A stretch of DNA of 64,000 bases from Octopus sinensis. Lineage: Eukaryota. Location of the stretch: NCBI RefSeq assembly GCF_006345805.1, contig NC_043000.1, forward strand, positions 15,872,001 to 15,936,000. The letters run 5' to 3'. Shown one piece after another: positions 63,085 to 64,000 of the stretch (its first letter is position 1; each line of letters starts with the position of its first letter). The position numbers were made by a program, and so were the translations under genes. The notes under the pieces were generated by a model that was given only the letters and a program-made list of their open reading frames with translations, searched no databases and was not told the DNA's origin.

Positions 63085-64000
63085 GTGAAGACATTTTTTC
63101 CTCTACTTTGCATATATATATATTTTATATTCTAAGTTATATGGTTTGTTGATGGAATTCTTCTTAAGTCAAGTTGGTTAAGTTCTTTGTTATCTGTCTG
63201 TATTAGTCCAAGATGACACTGAAAGATGAAATAAAATAGCAGTGTTTCAATAATGAGTATTATTTCAGTCTGCCTTGAAATACAGGGTAAAATATCAGTC
63301 TATTTTCTGTTATAGGCACAAGGCCTGAAATTTTGGGAAGGGGATCTCCAGTAATTCCTTGCAATATCACAGTTCACCTATTGTGCACTTAGTACATCAC
63401 AGTTCACCTATTGCGCACTCAGTACATTGCAGACTTTTCTGGCTAATATATATAAATTTATATTGCGGACTCCTCAGTATATTGTGGGTTTCTGCAGCCA
63501 ATAGATATTTATATGTTTTTAGATTTTAATTATTTCTGTGAGAGGTTTTGGATTATAACACCTGCGATAGTCGAGGGATTACTGTAGTTGATTACGTTGG
63601 ACCCAGTACTCAACTGGCTCTTGCACCAAGAGCACCCTCCAAGCATGATCGTTGCCAGAGCAGCTGTCTGGCTTCCATGCCAATGGCACGTAAAAAGCAC
63701 CATTCAAGCATGATCGTCACCAGCGTCGCCTTACTGGCACTTGTGCTGGTGGCACATGAACAAAACATTCGAGCAAAGTCGTTGCCAGTGCTGCTGGTCT
63801 GGCTCCTGTGCAGGTGGCACATAAAAAACACCATGTGAGTGCGGCCATTGCCAGTACTGCCTGACTGGCCCTCGTGCCGGTGACACATAAAAGCACCCAC
63901 TACACTCTCGGAGTGGTTGGCATTAGGAAGGGCATCCCACTGTAGAAACTCTGCCAGATCAGATTGGAGCCTGGTGCAGCCATATGGTTCGTCAGTCCTC

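Overview
AT-rich, repeat-dense animal genomic DNA; the SINE/RTE families and microsatellites suggest an octopus (inference). Two multi-exon genes lie head-to-head around 45.7-46.7 kb. (1) Minus strand: a bifunctional pseudouridine-catabolism gene (PsuG-type pseudouridine-5'-phosphate glycosidase fused to a PfkB-family kinase). I traced 15 phase-consistent coding exons (39004->1627, 554 codons); the gene runs off the left edge. (2) Plus strand: an AidB/ACDH-11-like acyl-CoA dehydrogenase with 6 exons (46736->63084, 334 codons); it runs off the right edge. Introns hold RTE, CR1 and R4-type LINE fragments, three tRNA-derived SINE families, mariner and DD37D relics, MITEs, Helitrons, solo LTRs, Penelope-like remnants and a tRNA-Phe pseudogene. 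Most ORF-track entries are repeat artefacts. Most notable: a U12 minor-spliceosome intron with non-canonical GT-TG ends, several Penelope-type hammerhead ribozymes in the introns, and an inverted duplication bracketing the putative mitochondrial-targeting exon. Exon coordinates were read base by base; repeat boundaries are approximate.
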